NCBI GenBank assembly: GCA_963744145.1
Contig: CAVUSO010000001.1
Span: forward strand, 6,336,001-6,400,000
Source of the DNA: an uncultured cyanobacterium
GTDB lineage: Bacteria; Cyanobacteriota; Cyanobacteriia; Cyanobacteriales; CAWUOF01
Direction of reading: 5' to 3'
Length of the DNA: 64,000 bases
The position numbers and the translations under genes were made by a program. A model generated the notes under the pieces. It was not told the origin of the DNA. It did not search any database and was given only the letters and a program-made list of their open reading frames with translations. Shown here in pieces: positions 41,631-52,483 of this stretch (the stretch's first letter is position 1; every line of letters begins with the position of its first letter).

Positions 41631-42860
41631 TTAGTCATCCATATTATTTTCTACATCAATTAAGGAATCAAGAGGCTTTCCACTAATCCAAGCCTCAACA
41701 ATTTGCTGCCCTTCTGAAGTAAGATAATATAATTCCCCACTTTTACGAAAATACTTTTCGTTACTTAGCTTTGATATAGCAGATTTGAATGATTGTGCGC
41801 TTACTGAGATTGTTTCAAATTTTTCTTTCAGATAATAATAGGCATCATTCCAACGAATAGCTTTCTCTTTTTTTAGATAAACAATGATAATATATAAAGC
41901 GACTAAAACATAATCAGTAGGCTTTTTAATATCCCGAATTTCTAATTTTCCAAGTTCAACATCGTCTTGGGTCCATTCTTTAAGTTGATCTTTATCATCT
42001 TTACTGAGACGAACTCTTTTAGTTGTTACATTCACATTTCTTTGCCAGTATTGATTACCTACCTCAACGTTCTCGTCTTGTATTTGAGCAATGATGTTGC
42101 TTACCTCTTTTTCTCCGTCGTGGTTAAGTTTGTAGCCACCACTAATTTTACTGAGGTATTGGCGAGTAAGCCCAGCTAAATATTTAGTAAAATTAATTGG
42201 ATCTAGAATACTAGCCTTTTTAGCAGCCACCTTAAAATGATCTTCAGATGGAACTGGTTGCTCAAAAATTTGGTAGTATTCTCTGGTATAAAGCAAAATA
42301 AATCGTCGTTGCTGCTCTGCCCAAGTTTTCCCCTTGAAGTCTTTAATATTTGGGATAAGCATTTCATCATCACGCTCAAAGTAGATAGCGCCTCCAGTGC
42401 CATTTGTTTCAGCATGATGATTTTGAGAAGTATCAGCAGGTAATTGCGGAGCTTCTTCAACTATAGGCAGCAAGTTGCTAGAAGGTACTGTTTTCTTTAA
42501 TGATGGATTAGAGTTACTTTGATTTGGCGTATAGTATGCTCTTTGTGGTGGTGAGGTTATCTGGGTCCCAATAAATGGAGCTAACTCACTAACTGCATGA
42601 TCAGAGACACTAAATTCAATATGTTCCTCGTAGTTCTTGCCATCCTGCTTTATGCTTCTGACATACTTGTTTGATGGTAATGTAGCTATAGTTTTTTTAT
42701 AAATTAGCTGACCACAGCCAAAGCAAAGTTCTTTGCCAGGAAGTAAAACTTTATTACAATTTTTATTAAGACATCTTGTTTGTTCGTTACAGGCAATGCA
42801 GAAGTTGTATTCAGAATTTGTATCACAACCGCACGAAGGGCAGATAAGCATAAGCGACAT
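41631..42860 (-). CDS. Hypothetical protein with N-terminal double Zn ribbon and two putative wHTH domains
   Basis: CPSC/CIAC/CLNKNC/CFGC; YKLNHDG and YYLTSEG wing-like motifs. Confidence 0.65.
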   Translation of the reverse strand: MSLMLICPSCGCDTNSEYNFCIACNEQTRCLNKNCNKVLLPGKELCFGCGQLIYKKTIATLPSNKYVRSIKQDGKNYEEHIEFSVSDHAVSELAPFIGTQITSPPQRAYYTPNQSNSNPSLKKTVPSSNLLPIVEEAPQLPADTSQNHHAETNGTGGAIYFERDDEMLIPNIKDFKGKTWAEQQRRFILLYTREYYQIFEQPVPSEDHFKVAAKKASILDPINFTKYLAGLTRQYLSKISGGYKLNHDGEKEVSNIIAQIQDENVEVGNQYWQRNVNVTTKRVRLSKDDKDQLKEWTQDDVELGKLEIRDIKKPTDYVLVALYIIIVYLKKEKAIRWNDAYYYLKEKFETISVSAQSFKSAISKLSNEKYFRKSGELYYLTSEGQQIVEAWISGKPLDSLIDVENNMDD

Positions 42861-43218
42861 GAGAGTTTAAATGAAAAGTTTGACAGCCGGATGCTGTTTG
42901 GATCGTTTATAGCATTATTACATATAATACTACAAATAACTACAGATCCGATAGTTTATAAATCAGCGCTTCTGAATTAGTGTATTATATTATTCTCGCT
43001 GATCGCAATGGGTCGTGATAAAATCCCTGAATCGTCAGTAGACTTCTACGATAGCTGGGCACATTTAGTCTCTCTGGGACAAAGTAGAGGAGAAATTGTA
43101 ATCTTTAACTGCACTCCACCTAACCAAAGCAGCAATATTGACATAGCAACCAAAGAAATAGCCATCTGTTCATCTACCAAAGCAAAGGTAATCATACCAC
43201 AATACGGTTCATTTAAGT

Positions 43219-43363
43219 GTAGGGGCGAACGCGAGAGCGTGCCATAGGGATCAGCATTCAGACGACAATTGACCATTCAAGTTTTACCCTGAGCGTAGTC
43301 GAAGGGCCGCTAATATTAGATCCGAATGCTTCGCCCAGTTCTTCGCCGATATATCCCAAAATA
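43219..43363 (+). repeat. Composite MITE-like repeat (inverted copy at 60312-60425) with an extra 21-bp unit at 43286-43306
   Basis: GTAGGGGCG...CCGAATGCTTCGCCCAGTTCT.CGCCGA shared between the two copies. Confidence 0.8.
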
Positions 43364-43435
43364 TCCTTAACTGAACTATATTGAATCATACCAATGATTT
43401 GGAACGAAGCAAATCAAAGCCCCATCAGTGCAAGT

Positions 43436-43879
43436 TTAGCTATCATCGGTAACATTGTCATAGATAAAAACGGGTAATGGCTGTCCGAGAGATAACAAGA
43501 TGCTTTGTGGTAACTTCTCTTCAATCTGCTTCAGCATTGCTTCAAGCTCTACTCTTGGACTGGTTTGTAAACCGAGACATTGTGCAATTCCATTCGCATC
43601 TGTACTCCAGCGCTTACTGAGTTGGATGCGATCGCTCCCAGTTTCAGCAACCAATTCGTAAGAGTGAAACTGCATCGGATCTCCAAGACCTGCCTCTTGA
43701 ATGTGTTCAAAGGAAAATTCACGTTGCATATAATTAATGAGACAATCTTGAACTACCAGGACAAGATGTTTGCTAAGATGCTCAAATGTATGAATTTTGT
43801 GGTCGAGTTGCATCAAGATTGTCTTAGCCGTCATCTTCCAGTTCATCCCAAAACCTTTTCCCGATAGGACATTGGTCAT
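43436..43879 (-). pseudogene. Truncated restriction endonuclease (NotI-family-like C-terminal part)
   Basis: GMNWKMTAKTILMQL..KI.TFEH..KHLVLVVQD; only 147 aa; overlaps the MTase stop. Confidence 0.6.
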
Positions 43880-44640
43880 AAAAGTAAACTACATCTTTCA
43901 CGAGCAACAGTCAGATATTCACCTGAGATATCAATTCCAATTGATTTGCGTCCTAGTTGAAATGCAACTAGATTTGTTGTACCTGTACCTGCAAACGGAT
44001 CTAGAACAACACCGACTTGTGGACAGGTAGCTAAAATCGGAATTTTACATAAGTCTTCAGGATAAGGTGCAAAGTGAAGAGATCGTTTTTGGGTATCTTC
44101 CGGTAAGATCTCCCAAACATCACTGGGTTTACTACCATTGGGGTGATATTTGAGAAAATAGAAACCACGTTCAGCTAGTTCACGCGATCGCCCAGAAACC
44201 CTTGCTGAGTCAGAGTGTGTTGTTCGTTGCTGACCCCGAATAATCATCCGAAAGTCAGATATTTTACCAATGCGTACTTCCTCCAAAATTTCAAATAGAG
44301 CTTGAAGAGCATTGATCCGTTCAGAATCACTAAGTGCTGTAGATAATTCAATTTGTCGGCGATAACGCACACCAGAAACACCCGTTGCAGAAACTACAGA
44401 ACCATTGACAACTTTAGCTTGTCTTGGTTTTGAGCGGATTGCATCAACATTATAAAAATAGCGATCTGCTTTGACAAAATGAAAGACGTTTTCATATATA
44501 TTACGGAGTTTATCTTTTGTATTGTCAGGGCTACCTTTTACTTTATTCCAAATGACACTATTATGGCAACATTCTGGGAAAGACAAAAATGTTTGAAAAT
44601 AGTCATTACCATCCCATTTAATCATAAATACCATTTTCAT
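43876..44640 (-). pseudogene. N4/N6 DNA methyltransferase (beta class), 5'-truncated
   Basis: IWNK, HFAPYPEDL and VLDPFAGTGTT present; no SPPY/DPPY motif. Confidence 0.8.
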
Positions 44641-44656
44641 CCGATCCGATCAGCTA

Positions 44657-45661
44657 TCAATTATCTGATGCTATACTATTAACAATATTTGGATTTGCCT
44701 TAGACCGAGGAGAAGCGACGGTTTTGATCGCATTATTCCGAGCATCATAAGCGATTTGCGCTGATTGGAATTGTTGACCGACATAACTCAAAGAATCCGC
44801 TAAATGTTGGTGCCAATAATTCCAACCCACGTCAGAACCAATAATTCCATGTCCTCCTGAAAAAGCATGAAAACTATTATCAATTTTTAGTTGATCAAGC
44901 ACCTTATGAAATTGTTTAGTTTGTTGGAGAAACCGCACATCTGATTTACCTGCGTCTAAGTAAATATGAAGTTGTTTTTGCTCAGATACAGGTAAATTTT
45001 TGACATAATAAAGAGGACTATTTTGGCGTCCACTTGCATCAGTAAAATAACCACTATGACTAAACATGATCGAAAAATGCTCAGGATGATGCAATCCAAT
45101 ATTCAACGCACCCCAACCCCCAGAAGATAACCCACCGATCGCCCAAAAATCTGGATCGGGTAGAGTGCGATATCGAGTTTTCACTAAGCTTACCAGTTCT
45201 TCGCCTAAAGCTGTATCCAGTTTACCATTAGGACCATCAATATATTGGGGGTCAAAAAAGGCACTCGAACCTCGCTGATCGTTACCATCAGGAGTAATAA
45301 TAATACTATCTGGCAGTTTACCTGATGCGTATAGCGTTTGAATCATTGGTAAAGCCGCAGCTTTTTTAAACCAGTCTGTGGTCGTTCCATGACCCCCGTG
45401 CAGCAGAAAAATCACTGGGTAACGTCGCTCTGAGGATTGATCGTAACCAGGGGGTAAAGAAACTGCATAAGTACGTTTTTTCTTTAAAGTTGAACTATAG
45501 TAGGTAACGATCTCAAATTTTAAGTTAGTTTTATGGGCGATCGTATCTGGACCATCAAATTGAGGAGCCCCAGCGATCGAGACATACCAATAACCTGACC
45601 CCATTAACCCTAATAATAAACAGCTCAACAATATCCATATTTTTTTTCTGCTCATAACCAT
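44657..45661 (-). CDS. Alpha/beta hydrolase (putative esterase), membrane-anchored
   Basis: YPVIFLLHG, GLSSGG nucleophile elbow and GGH. Confidence 0.9.
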   Translation of the reverse strand: MVMSRKKIWILLSCLLLGLMGSGYWYVSIAGAPQFDGPDTIAHKTNLKFEIVTYYSSTLKKKRTYAVSLPPGYDQSSERRYPVIFLLHGGHGTTTDWFKKAAALPMIQTLYASGKLPDSIIITPDGNDQRGSSAFFDPQYIDGPNGKLDTALGEELVSLVKTRYRTLPDPDFWAIGGLSSGGWGALNIGLHHPEHFSIMFSHSGYFTDASGRQNSPLYYVKNLPVSEQKQLHIYLDAGKSDVRFLQQTKQFHKVLDQLKIDNSFHAFSGGHGIIGSDVGWNYWHQHLADSLSYVGQQFQSAQIAYDARNNAIKTVASPRSKANPNIVNSIASDN

Positions 45662-45784
45662 GACCTATAATAGCTCAGGGTTTAATTTGAGGCATTTGCC
45701 TGATTAAAACCAACCTAACTTGATTGGTTGATTCAGTCCCCACTAGATTAATCTTAGATTACAATTTCACTATAATCATTTTTT

Positions 45785-46498
45785 ATGGATATTTTAATCG
45801 TCGAAGATGAACCGGAAATAGCCCAGTTAATTGCTATTGCTTTAGGAAATGAAGGATTTACTTGTCAGATCAGCCAAGATGGCATTACTGCCCTCCGGTT
45901 GTTTCCAGCACTTAAACCAGATATTATCATTTTAGACTTAATGTTGCCAGGTTTAGATGGCCTGGAAGTATGTGCCCGGATTCGTCAAAAACCAGGTCCA
46001 AAAGACCCATATATTTTAATGCTAACTGCCAAAGGTGAGGAAATAGATCGGATTATCGGTTTATCTACTGGTGCTGATGATTATTTAGTGAAACCCTTTA
46101 GTCCCAGAGAGCTAGTTGCGAGGGTGCGAGCTTTGTTACGTCGGAGTTTACGACAAGGTGGACAATCTCAAATTTTTCGGACTCAACACTTCGAGGTGGA
46201 TTTAGATCAGCATCAAGCTTCCCGATTATTAGATCCAGAACAACCTGAACCCTTAGAGTTAACTACCCTGGAATTTAATCTTTTAGCTACTTTTGTGAGT
46301 TATCCCGCTAGAGTCTGGAATCGATCGCAGCTAATCGATAAACTTTGGGGTAATGATTTTTTTGGGGATGAGCGAGTAGTTGATACTCATGTCGCTCGGT
46401 TACGGAAAAAAATCGAACCTGACCCAGCTAATCCCACTTTTATTAAAACGGTGATTGGGGTGGGATATAAATTTGAAGATCCAGTGATGCGTAGCTAA
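45785..46498 (+). CDS. OmpR-family response regulator
   Basis: IVEDE, LDLMLP, GADDYLVKPF and RVVDTHVARLRKK motifs. Confidence 0.96.
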   Translation: MDILIVEDEPEIAQLIAIALGNEGFTCQISQDGITALRLFPALKPDIIILDLMLPGLDGLEVCARIRQKPGPKDPYILMLTAKGEEIDRIIGLSTGADDYLVKPFSPRELVARVRALLRRSLRQGGQSQIFRTQHFEVDLDQHQASRLLDPEQPEPLELTTLEFNLLATFVSYPARVWNRSQLIDKLWGNDFFGDERVVDTHVARLRKKIEPDPANPTFIKTVIGVGYKFEDPVMRS

Positions 46499-46499
46499 A

Positions 46500-47603
46500 G
46501 TGCCTAAAGTAGATTTGCGATCGCGATTATTTTTCTCTCACCTATTAGTTATGATGGTGGGAGTAAGCAGTTTGGTGGTGATCAGTAAAGTCTCTTTTCC
46601 CCAATTTTTTGTGACTCACCTAGAACAATTAGAAGGTCCGGGTTTTAGTTTACGTTACGCTCGGACTCAATTAGTTCAAGGATTTGAAATTGCTTGGAAT
46701 CGGAGTACATTTTGGTCGGTCATGGTCGGGACTACTGCTGCGGGAGTTTTAAGTTATTGGGTATCACGACGAATTGTTCAACCTTTAACCCAAATGGAAC
46801 AAATTACTAAAAACTTTGCTGCTGGTAACCTAGATGAACGGATGCCCACTTTAGAAATTCCTGAACTGAATCGTCTTGGTGCTAGTTTTAACCGCATGGC
46901 AATTAGTTTAGAAGGAGTCGAACAAAGACGAAGGGAATTAATTAGCGATCTTACCCATGAATTGCGTACACCTTTAACTGTAGTGCGGGGTTATTTAGAA
47001 GAATTATCTGATAGTAGAATTGAAGCAACTCCCCAGATTTATCTGCAATTAGCCAAAGAAACTAGACGTTTAGAAAGGTTAGTGAATGATTTACAAGAAT
47101 TATCAAAAGCTGAAGCTGGTTATTTACCAATCAATCTGCAAAAATTGGATTTACGTCCTTTATTAGAATCATTAATCACCAGGTTTTCTGACCAAATTCT
47201 TGAAGATGGACCAGTCCTCCAATTAGATTGTCCCTCCCAATTACCGCTAGTCTTAGCAGATCTCGATCGCACCGAACAAATTTTAGTTAATCTATTAGGT
47301 AATGCCATCCGTTATACAGAAAGTGGTTCAATTATCATGCGAACTTGGGTAGAACTTAATGGGATACCACCTCGACTTTGGATTGCCGTAATTGATACAG
47401 GACCTGGTATAGCTGAGACAGACTTGCCCAATGTATTTGAGCGTTTTTGGAGAGCTGATCAATCGCGATCGCGACATTCAGGAGGTACAGGAATCGGTTT
47501 AGCCATCTCGCGTCGTTTAGTCGAACTTCAAGGTGGAGCGATTAGCGTAGAAAGTCAATTAGGTCAAGGTAGTACCTTTAAGTTTTACTTACCCTTAGCT
47601 TAA
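46500..47603 (+). CDS. HAMP-domain sensor histidine kinase
   Basis: HELRTPL, NLLGNAIRY, DTGPG and GTGIGL motifs. Confidence 0.96.
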   Translation: MPKVDLRSRLFFSHLLVMMVGVSSLVVISKVSFPQFFVTHLEQLEGPGFSLRYARTQLVQGFEIAWNRSTFWSVMVGTTAAGVLSYWVSRRIVQPLTQMEQITKNFAAGNLDERMPTLEIPELNRLGASFNRMAISLEGVEQRRRELISDLTHELRTPLTVVRGYLEELSDSRIEATPQIYLQLAKETRRLERLVNDLQELSKAEAGYLPINLQKLDLRPLLESLITRFSDQILEDGPVLQLDCPSQLPLVLADLDRTEQILVNLLGNAIRYTESGSIIMRTWVELNGIPPRLWIAVIDTGPGIAETDLPNVFERFWRADQSRSRHSGGTGIGLAISRRLVELQGGAISVESQLGQGSTFKFYLPLA

Positions 47604-47850
47604 CAATTTGTCTCAACATCGTCATCAGCTAGTCACAAATTTGTCATCCTAAAAATTTAATCTGAGATTACCAAAAATTTATTCTTTATTTTCCTGATGA
47701 TTACTTATGGAATCGCCCTATTTTTAGTGATTTTCTTGATTGGTTCTGGATTTGCCGCGATCGCCTATCTATTTCCAGATCATCACCATCAAGATTAACT
47801 GATTTGCTGATCCCCAAGTAGGGGCAATTTTCCCCTACTTGTACTGATCA

Positions 47851-49176
47851 TTATTGTTCTTGACTCGTAGGAAAAGCCCCAGGATGGACAGCCAAACTCA
47901 CACTTTGACCCTTACGACGTAACTCAACTTGCATATTACTACCAACTTGAGTTTGTTCTACTGCTTGCTGGACATTACCCGCATCACTGACACCTTGACC
48001 ATTAATTTTTTGAATCACATCACCCGCACGTACACCAGCTTTGGCTGCGGGAGAATTGGGGATTACTTTCACCACCAAAACCCCTTTCTCCTCATCAACT
48101 GTCAACCCACTATTTGGATTACTATTAATACTTTGTTTCAATTCTGGTGTCAAAGTCACCATCTGAATTCCTAGATAAGGATGATCAACTTTACCAGTTT
48201 TAACTAATTGATCAGCAATCCGTTGAGCAGTATTAATCGGAATCGCAAACCCTAATCCTTGAGCACCTTGAATAATCGCTGTATTCATCCCAATCACTTC
48301 TCCGGAAGCATTTAGGAGAGGTCCGCCAGAATTACCCGGATTAATTGCTGCATCAGTTTGAATAAAGTTGACTCGTTTATCAGGAACACCAACTTGAGAA
48401 CTAGAACGACCAGTGGCGCTAATAATTCCCATTGTCACACTATTATCTAATCCCAAAGGATTACCGATCGCGATCGCCCATTCTCCTGGTTTCAGTTGAT
48501 CTGAATTACCCAAGGTCACAGTGGGCAGATTTCCAGCGTCAATTTTCACCACAGCTACATCGGTAACCGGATCTACCCCTAACACTTTACCTTTAAAAGT
48601 GCGACCATCTTTGAGAATCACACTGACTGTATCTGTGCCATTCACCACATGAGCATTAGTGAGAATATCACCATTAGTATTGAGAATAAAACCAGAGCCA
48701 GTACCTTTTTCTACTCTAGTAGAAGGTCGATCGGGAATTTGCTCCCCAAAAAACCTGCGAAAGAAAGGATCATTAAATACATCAGGTACCTCGCTCGTCA
48801 CAGTGCGAGAAGAGTCAATCCGGACTACCGCAGGTCCAACTTTATCCACTACAGCAGTAACAAAGTTACTATTATCAGCAGTGATTGGTACTTTTGCTTG
48901 TAAAGTTGGAGTGACAGCTTGGCTGAGAACATTTTGGGAATTACGGGCCAAAGTTGACGGGGCATTTTGGGCAAGTAAATATTGTCCCGAAAATGCTGCT
49001 CCAGCACCCAGCAAGATTAAGGTGATTGAGGTCGCGATTTTGGGCCAAGGGGAAAAGCCATTATATCTTGGGGCTGAAGAGTTAGATATGAGGTCTTTTG
49101 GTTCCCTTGGATCATGATTTAAGTCGTTTTCTTGGATTCGCATTTTGATTACCCTTAGCCAGAGTGTTATCACCAA
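47851..49176 (-). CDS. HtrA/HhoA/HhoB family serine protease
   Basis: TNAHVV, DVAV and GNSGGPL motifs; PDZ domain; true start may be 49143. Confidence 0.96.
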   Translation of the reverse strand: MVITLWLRVIKMRIQENDLNHDPREPKDLISNSSAPRYNGFSPWPKIATSITLILLGAGAAFSGQYLLAQNAPSTLARNSQNVLSQAVTPTLQAKVPITADNSNFVTAVVDKVGPAVVRIDSSRTVTSEVPDVFNDPFFRRFFGEQIPDRPSTRVEKGTGSGFILNTNGDILTNAHVVNGTDTVSVILKDGRTFKGKVLGVDPVTDVAVVKIDAGNLPTVTLGNSDQLKPGEWAIAIGNPLGLDNSVTMGIISATGRSSSQVGVPDKRVNFIQTDAAINPGNSGGPLLNASGEVIGMNTAIIQGAQGLGFAIPINTAQRIADQLVKTGKVDHPYLGIQMVTLTPELKQSINSNPNSGLTVDEEKGVLVVKVIPNSPAAKAGVRAGDVIQKINGQGVSDAGNVQQAVEQTQVGSNMQVELRRKGQSVSLAVHPGAFPTSQEQ

Positions 49177-49413
49177 GCATTAGCTTGATGATTACTAGTG
49201 TATATCTTTCAATTTAGACTTTATATATGAAGCTTGTGTGGCAGGATTGTCACGGTTAAATGAAAATATTTAATTGGCAAATTCAGAGATTTTCAGCTAA
49301 ATCTTATAATTTGATCAGGACTAATTCAGGATCATCGCTGAGGATGATGGTGTAGCTGGATATTCTTTTCAGACTTTGATGAGCTGGTAAATCAAGACTG
49401 GATCGCGCATATT

Positions 49414-49908
49414 ATGAAAAAAAGACATTTTTTACAAACTGGCACCGCCATGGTTGGTACAGTCTGGCTATCATCTTCTTTACCTTGGAGATCAATACTG
49501 ATGGCAAGTTCAAGTAATGAGTTTGAGTATACTAAATCTGAAGCAGAGTGGCGTCAAATTTTGACCCCAGAACAATTTGCTGTGTTACGTAAACATGGTA
49601 CTGAACGGGCTCATACCAGTCCCCTTGATCAAGAGGATGATCCGGGTACTTATGTATGTGCTGGTTGTGGTTTACCTTTATTTACATCCACAACTAAATA
49701 TCACAGTGGCACGGGATGGCCTAGCTTTTTTACGACCATTCCTGGTAATGTAGATGAATCGATCGATACATCTTTCTTTATGAGAAGAGTTGAAGTTCAT
49801 TGTCATCGCTGTGGTGGACATCTAGGTCATGTGTTTGATGATGGTCCAGCTCCCACTGGTAAGCGTTATTGTATTAATGGTGTATCCTTAAAATTTGTCC
49901 CTGCTTGA
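49414..49908 (+). CDS. msrB: Methionine sulfoxide reductase B with export signal
   Basis: GTGWPSF, GHLGHVFDDGP and RYCING motifs. Confidence 0.97.
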   Translation: MKKRHFLQTGTAMVGTVWLSSSLPWRSILMASSSNEFEYTKSEAEWRQILTPEQFAVLRKHGTERAHTSPLDQEDDPGTYVCAGCGLPLFTSTTKYHSGTGWPSFFTTIPGNVDESIDTSFFMRRVEVHCHRCGGHLGHVFDDGPAPTGKRYCINGVSLKFVPA

Positions 49909-49984
49909 TCAGCATTTGATTAGACCAGAAAGCTAAAATAACTAAAATAGACCAGATGTCTGTCCCCCAAAAGTCTTTTTTGTT

Positions 49985-50007
49985 GTGGGACGGGCATCTT
50001 GCCCGTC
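49985..50007 (+). repeat. Intergenic GTGG-hairpin REP
   Basis: GTGG-GACGGGCA-TCT-TGCCCGTC. Confidence 0.85.
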
Positions 50008-50191
50008 GTTGTCCAATAAATTACTCAACCTGACCTTGTGTAAATTAAAATGATGGATTTTAGTTCAGCATTACCTACTTTTGTCATTACCCTACGTGAA
50101 GGTGTCGAAGCTGCGTTAGTGGTAGGAATTGTGTTAGCTTGTTTAAAAAAAGCACAGCAAAGTCACCTCAATTCCTGGGTTTATACTGGGG

Positions 50192-51648
50192 CAGGGTAAG
50201 AGCATCTCAATTAGGCTTGACACAAGGATTAAGAAGGATCTAATGTAGACTCAGAGAAACAAGAAAGGAGGATTTGGAGCATATAATTATTATCCATAGC
50301 AGCGCGTTTACTTTTCTGGCGTAAACTGCGTTTGTAAGTTGACTCGCGATTAAGAGCGTTGAGAGCTAATCGTCTGAGCAGAGAAAAGTTACGAGGACTG
50401 TGAAAAGAACGAATGCGACAGCTATCTTCAAAAAAAGTACAATCTAAAGTCCAGTGTGCAGAATTTTCGATTTCCCAATGTTGACGAATAGCTCGACCTA
50501 TGAATTCAGCATTGTTGTCTAAAGAAGTAAGATAGTATTGAGTCTCGCAAGTAGTTTTGTTCCAAAGATGACGGATACGATGAATGATGACAATACTTTT
50601 TAAACCTGCCCATAATTTGGGTTGGTAAAGGTCAGGAATGGCCGTAATAGGGAGCACCCAAACTTCACGAATTTCCACCCGATGATGCCCTTTCTCAATC
50701 CGTTTGTCATGAGTGAAATCAATTCCTGAAAAATTATTTTTCTGTGCAGTTTGGAAGAATTGTTGTACCTGATTATGTAAAGTTGGATGATTGGCTTTAA
50801 GTGTCAGAATATAATCAGCTTTTTTATCAATAATCTTTTGAGCAATTTCGGTTTGGGTCCCCATCGCATCAATAGTAATAATTGAGCCAGCGATATCAAG
50901 TAACTCTAGTAATGCTGGAATAGCTGTAATTTCATTGGATTTATCTTGGACTTTCATTTGTGCTAAAACTAATCGTTGTTCACTAGCCCACGCACTAATC
51001 AAATGTAATGCTGATTGTCCTTGATTTCGGTCATAGGAACCTCTGACAGTCTTCCCATCTATGGCAATTACTTCTCCTCCCATTTGAGTAACTAAGGTGT
51101 TTACCCAAGCTTGAAAACATTGCTCCAATTGGTTGGGGTTAATACTTTCAAATACTCGACGAAAGGTATCATCTGAGGGAATACCATTGGGTAATTCTAA
51201 AAACTCTTCTAGCCAAATTTGTTTACTAATCCCATAATTCTCAATGTCTTCCCAGCCTTGTGCTCCAGCTATTATGGCCAGAATTGCCATCACTAAAATG
51301 TCTATCAATAAGTGTTTTTTTGTTCGGTTTACTCTCGGGTCTTCAACATCTTCAAAATGCTTGACTAAACTCTGTTGTATTTCCATCAAGTCAGCTACTA
51401 CTTGGTTTTTCCTAGCAGAATGGGAGTTTTGTTTAGCATTAGCTATATTGATATCGAACCCTTGAGACATTTGAATATTCCTGGAGATTATGAGTTGGAC
51501 GGTATAGTTTTTCACCTACCACTCTCTATGCTCTTTTGTCAACTATTTTCTCTACCAGATTTGTGATGTTCTGATCTCGATGGCTATATTTCATATTTGA
51601 TGAAAATATTCTGTATCCTCGGTGACAAAATTAGATGCGCTAACCCTG
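50192..51648 (-). mobile_element. ISAs1-family insertion sequence, 1457 bp
   Basis: Terminal IRs CAGGGTAAGAGCATCT / AGATGCGCTAACCCTG; 10-bp TSD TATACTGGGG at 50182-50191 and 51649-51658. Confidence 0.95.
50229..51515 (-). CDS. ISAs1 family DDE transposase
   Basis: DPR, IPSDDTFRRVF, AIDGKT, KSNEITAIP, IDAMG and HWEIEN..HW.LD motifs; start may be about 51470. Confidence 0.96.
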   Translation of the reverse strand: MKNYTVQLIISRNIQMSQGFDINIANAKQNSHSARKNQVVADLMEIQQSLVKHFEDVEDPRVNRTKKHLLIDILVMAILAIIAGAQGWEDIENYGISKQIWLEEFLELPNGIPSDDTFRRVFESINPNQLEQCFQAWVNTLVTQMGGEVIAIDGKTVRGSYDRNQGQSALHLISAWASEQRLVLAQMKVQDKSNEITAIPALLELLDIAGSIITIDAMGTQTEIAQKIIDKKADYILTLKANHPTLHNQVQQFFQTAQKNNFSGIDFTHDKRIEKGHHRVEIREVWVLPITAIPDLYQPKLWAGLKSIVIIHRIRHLWNKTTCETQYYLTSLDNNAEFIGRAIRQHWEIENSAHWTLDCTFFEDSCRIRSFHSPRNFSLLRRLALNALNRESTYKRSLRQKSKRAAMDNNYMLQILLSCFSESTLDPS

Positions 51649-52483
51649 TATACTGGGGTGGGTTTGGGAATTTTAATTAGTGCGATCGTCGGGATATTAT
51701 TGACTGGAATAATTCAAGGGTTAAGCATATCAAACCCAGAATATGCATCCATAATTAAACCTTTAATGGAAGCAATGTTTGGAGTAATTGCGATCGCGAT
51801 GTTGAGTTGGATGTTAATTTGGATGACTCAGCAAGCGCAATTCTTAAAACAGGAAGTTGAAGGTGCCGTCACTACTACCCTAAAAACAAATAATAGTGCT
51901 GCTTGGGGAGTATTTATTTTAGTTTTAATTGCGGTATTACGGGAAGGATTTGAAACAGTTTTGTTTATTCTCGCTCAATTTCAGTCAGGGTTAATGCCAG
52001 TTTTTGGCGCTATTGCTGGACTGGTAGTCGCGATCGCGATCGGAATAGCTTTGTTTCAATTAGGTGTAAAAATTAATATCCGTCTCTTTTTCCAAATTAT
52101 GGGGGTTTTACTACTATTAATTGTTTCAGGTTTAGTGATTTCAGCTTTGGGAGATTTTGATGTAGCTGGGAGGAATTTATCGCAAATAAGTCCGGAATTA
52201 AGTATTTGTTTTAAATCTGAACAACTAAGTGCAATTTCTTCCTGTATTTTAGGTCCTTTGGTTTGGAATGTTCACGAGATATTACCAGATAAACAGTTTC
52301 CTGGGATTATTTTGAAAACCCTTTTTGGCTACAAAGATAAGCTCTATTTAGTGCAAGCAGTAAGTTATTTGTTGGTTTTAGTTACTATTGGTACTATTTA
52401 TTTTCAAAGTCTCGGTGGAGGAATATTGACAAAAGCAGAAAACTCGACTATCAATCGCACTTAATTGAGGAAAATATTCAGCA

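Larger units (their letters stand above)
50050..52464 (+). pseudogene. FTR1/EfeU family iron permease interrupted by ISAs1
   Basis: 5' part MDFSSALPTFVITLREGVEAAL...VYTG (50050-50191) continues in frame after the IS (51649-52464, contains REGFE). Confidence 0.92.

Noticed and set aside
43008..43276. Two short opposing ORFs
   Set aside because: They overlap the MITE-like repeat and have no recognisable domain
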